Part shown: piece after piece, positions 61,020 to 64,000 of the stretch
Position numbering within the stretch: the stretch's first letter is position 1
Layout: every line of letters starts with the position of its first letter
Source: Eledone cirrhosa
Lineage: Eukaryota
Assembly (NCBI GenBank): GCA_964016885.1
Contig: OZ024766.1
Coordinates: 372,001-436,000 of the forward strand
DNA: 64,000 bases
Reading direction: 5' to 3'
Position numbers and translations under genes: made by a program
Notes under the pieces: model-generated
What the model was told of the DNA's origin: nothing
Database searches by the model: none
The model's input: only the letters and a program-made list of their open reading frames with translations

Positions 61020-62357
61020 TCAGGTTTCACAGTCAACAGGTTTCCCTCCAGTATGTGTGTGTTTGTGTTTATTGAAGTTACTGCCACAGACAAAAGATTT
61101 CCCACATATTTCACAATGATAGGGTTTTTCCCCGGTGTGTATCCTTTTGTGAGTTGATAAACTGCTGCTAGTGACAAAAGATTTCCCACATACTTCACAT
61201 TGGTAGGGTCTTTCTCCTGTGTGTGTTCTTTTATGTAGGGTCAATTTATAGCCTCTGATAAAACATTTCCCACAAATTTCGCAAGAAAAGGGTTTTTCTC
61301 CAGTGTGACTTCGTCTGTGAGTCAGTAAGCTTGAGTTAGAAGAGAATGACTTCCCACATATCTCACAATGGAAGGGTTTTTCTCCAGTGTGAGTTCGTAT
61401 ATGTTTAGATAAACTACTGTTACAGATGAAAGATTTTTCACATATTTCGCAGGCAAAAGGTTTTTCTCCAGTGTGTGTTCTTTTGTGCAGAGTTAATTTA
61501 TTGTTTCTGACAAAAGATTTACCACATATCTCACATTGAAAGGGTTTTTCTCCAGTGTGTCTACGTTTGTGCACAAGAAGATGATCATTTTGAGAGAATG
61601 ATTTCCCACATATTTCACAATGGAAAGGTTTTTCTCCAGTGTGAACACGTATATGGCTAACAAGATTAAAATTCGAAGTGAAAGATTTCCCACATCTTTC
61701 ACAATGAAAAGGTTTATCTCCAGTATGTATTCTTTTATGTTTTGTTAAAGAACTACTGTCGATAAACGATTTTTGACATATTTCACATGGATATGGCTTT
61801 TCTCCAGTGTGTGTTCTTTTGTGTTTCTTTAAATCACCCTTCACAGCAAAATATTTCCCACATACATCACAAGGATAAGGTTTTTCCCCAGTGTGTGTTC
61901 TTGTGTGTTTAGTTAAATCGCAGCTTTTTACAAAACATTTCCCACATATCTCACAGCGAAACGGTTTTTCTCCAGTGTGAGTACGTATGTGAATGACAAG
62001 AAGCGATTTACAAGTGAAAGATTTCCAACACATTTCACAATGAAACGGTTTCTCTCCAGTGTGACTACGTATGTGGATGACCAGATGATGATTATAACCA
62101 AAAGATTTCCCACATGTTTCACAGTGATAGGGTTTGTCTTTAATATGTATGAGTTTGTGTGTAGATAAATCATCTTCTGATGAGAAAGTTTTCCTACAAA
62201 CCTCACAGCTATATTCAGGAATATTACTGTGTAATGATCCTTGTTCAGTACATGTTTCACTAGGTAAAGGTTTCTCACCACTGTATGTTTGTGTAACTGT
62301 ATCTATATTGGTAGAAACAGGTGTGGAAGAAATGTCCAAGTGTTTAACGTCCTCCAT
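61020..62357 (-). CDS. G12: C2H2 zinc-finger protein, 14 fingers, 445 aa (G1 type)
   Basis: Intact ORF; leader MEDVKHLDISS. Confidence 0.95.
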   Translation of the reverse strand: MEDVKHLDISSTPVSTNIDTVTQTYSGEKPLPSETCTEQGSLHSNIPEYSCEVCRKTFSSEDDLSTHKLIHIKDKPYHCETCGKSFGYNHHLVIHIRSHTGEKPFHCEMCWKSFTCKSLLVIHIRTHTGEKPFRCEICGKCFVKSCDLTKHTRTHTGEKPYPCDVCGKYFAVKGDLKKHKRTHTGEKPYPCEICQKSFIDSSSLTKHKRIHTGDKPFHCERCGKSFTSNFNLVSHIRVHTGEKPFHCEICGKSFSQNDHLLVHKRRHTGEKPFQCEICGKSFVRNNKLTLHKRTHTGEKPFACEICEKSFICNSSLSKHIRTHTGEKPFHCEICGKSFSSNSSLLTHRRSHTGEKPFSCEICGKCFIRGYKLTLHKRTHTGERPYQCEVCGKSFVTSSSLSTHKRIHTGEKPYHCEICGKSFVCGSNFNKHKHTHTGGKPVDCET

Positions 62358-63031
62358 AGTAATTCTTGAAGAATTATTAAAAAATGAGAAATATCTGTGA
62401 TTACGATCTATATGACTGATAGCAGATATTCTGGAAAAATAGTCGTACTTCTATTACAGGCTGTAATGGAACTCCTTGTTGACACAGCTGTAAAATAAGA
62501 ATATGACAGTGGAAGACTGGTGTCAAGGTCATAATATATATATATATAAGCAGAAGGGGTATTCAATTTGTTGGTAATTCAACAAATATAAATCTTTATA
62601 ACTGATTTAGAGCACTCTACAGTTTTCTAGAGTATAATATACAATGATATTAAATAAATAAATGGAAACTATATTTATAAAACCATATTTATTCTATTAT
62701 ATATTCAATTATATATATTTCAAGGGTACCAAAATTTTGGTACGCTATCATCAGATAACACTCACACACACATATATATATATATATATATGTACCCTTA
62801 TTATAGTATATATATATATGTTTATCCCGGGTTCAATCGGAGGTAACCACAGTAAGGTACTCAATACATAGCAAAGTATAAATATTTAATATAGAAATGG
62901 CTTCTATAGGAAGCAGTGTTTCCTGATGATTTCTTCCGAACGAAACAGTTCTAGTGATGTAGAAGCCATTTCTATATTTTCTATATTAAATATATATGTA
63001 TATATATATAGAGAGAGATATAACCTTATCA

Positions 63032-63033
<2 letters not shown>

Positions 63034-63096
<63 letters not shown>
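63034..63096. repeat. (GT)n microsatellite
   Basis: About 31 GT units. Confidence 0.95.
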
Positions 63097-63098
<2 letters not shown>

Positions 63099-63147
63099 CA
63101 GATGCGACCAGAAAGTTATAATTGCCTGTGTATATATAGACCCAATA

Positions 63148-63439
63148 AATTGTCTTTCAATAATTGTTTCTACTTTTGGCACAAGGCCAAAAAATTACCC
63201 AGTACATTACTGGTACTTCTTTTTATCGACCCTGTAAGGATGAAAGGCAAAGTTAACCTCGGCGGGATTTGAACACAGAATGGCAAGGACTGTAACTGAG
63301 TTCAAATCCCGCCGAGGTTAACTCTGCTTTTCATCCTTACCGGGTCGATAAAATAAAGTACCAGTAATGTACTGTGTAATTTTCTGGCCTTGTGCCAAAA
63401 GTAGAAACAATTATTTAAAGACAATTGTCTTTCAATAAT
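63148..63439. mobile_element. Head-to-head inverted SINE pair (foldback)
   Basis: Minus-strand SINE at ~63160-63295 immediately followed by a plus-strand copy at 63296-63413. Confidence 0.88.
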
Positions 63440-63483
63440 GATGTGTGTGTGGATGTGTTTGTCTTAACAAACCCGGTTGTAGA

Positions 63484-63990
63484 TAAGTACACAATATCTG
63501 CTGTGTTAACAATACAAATAATACGTACTTTATATTTCAAGTCCAAGTGTAAAGTCAAGAAAGACCAGGAAAGCTAATTGTTCAGATGTTGGTGATTTAA
63601 ACCTATTTCTCACTGTCCTGTAAAATGTGGAACAACCAATTCACGATGTGGCGTAGTTTCTCATGAAATGAAATATTTAATCATGTAGGAGATGGAACAC
63701 CTACCCTGGAACATGTAGCTCACTCTATGTTATCTACAGAATATTAACTTTCATATTAACATGAGATAATTACTAAATGAATTTAAATACAGTTATAATT
63801 AAGATGGCAAATACGTAAACAAGGTTTCCTTCCCTTGAATAACACCGGTGTCATATGCTAAAAGTCCCTGACCTAATTTAACATATTCAGAAAGACCTTC
63901 AGTTATATCAATTCGCTCCATCAGTTGTAAACAAGCTCGATGAAATAACCATCATCACCCAATAAAATAATTATCATGCATCAACGAGGC
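63484..63990 (-). promoter_or_regulatory. Conserved upstream block of G12, displaced ~1.1 kb from the ATG
   Basis: Contains both predicted micro-exons and their splice signals. Confidence 0.7.
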
Positions 63991-64000
63991 ATTTTCTTCT

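Overview
AT-rich eukaryotic DNA, most likely Octopus (inferred from octopus-type SINEs and the C2H2 cluster architecture). The window is a tandem cluster of 12 full-length C2H2 zinc-finger paralogues with single coding exons (about 14-28 fingers; three have late frameshifts) plus two truncated pseudogene fragments. All full-length copies share a ~48-aa N-terminal leader (MEDVKPLDI(F/S)...NIPEY). Most genes sit in a repeated ~3.3-4.8 kb unit: 72-bp minisatellite, then a conserved ~1.1-1.3 kb upstream block with (TA)n and probable 5'-UTR micro-exons, then the ZNF ORF and 3' flank. Orientation is minus (to 8 kb), plus (15-42 kb), then minus (45-62 kb). Spacers carry decayed Tx1/L1, RTE, CR1-like, CRE-like, Gypsy, Helitron and SINE fragments. 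Most notable observations: an invariant three-finger core flanked by shuffled, hypervariable fingers; a CtBP-like (PLDIS) / SUMO-like motif in the shared leader; two minimal hammerhead ribozymes in Penelope-like remnants; and several foldback inversions that could form dsRNA. Paralogues are labelled G0-G12 in window order. All calls are from reading the sequence by eye; no searches were run.
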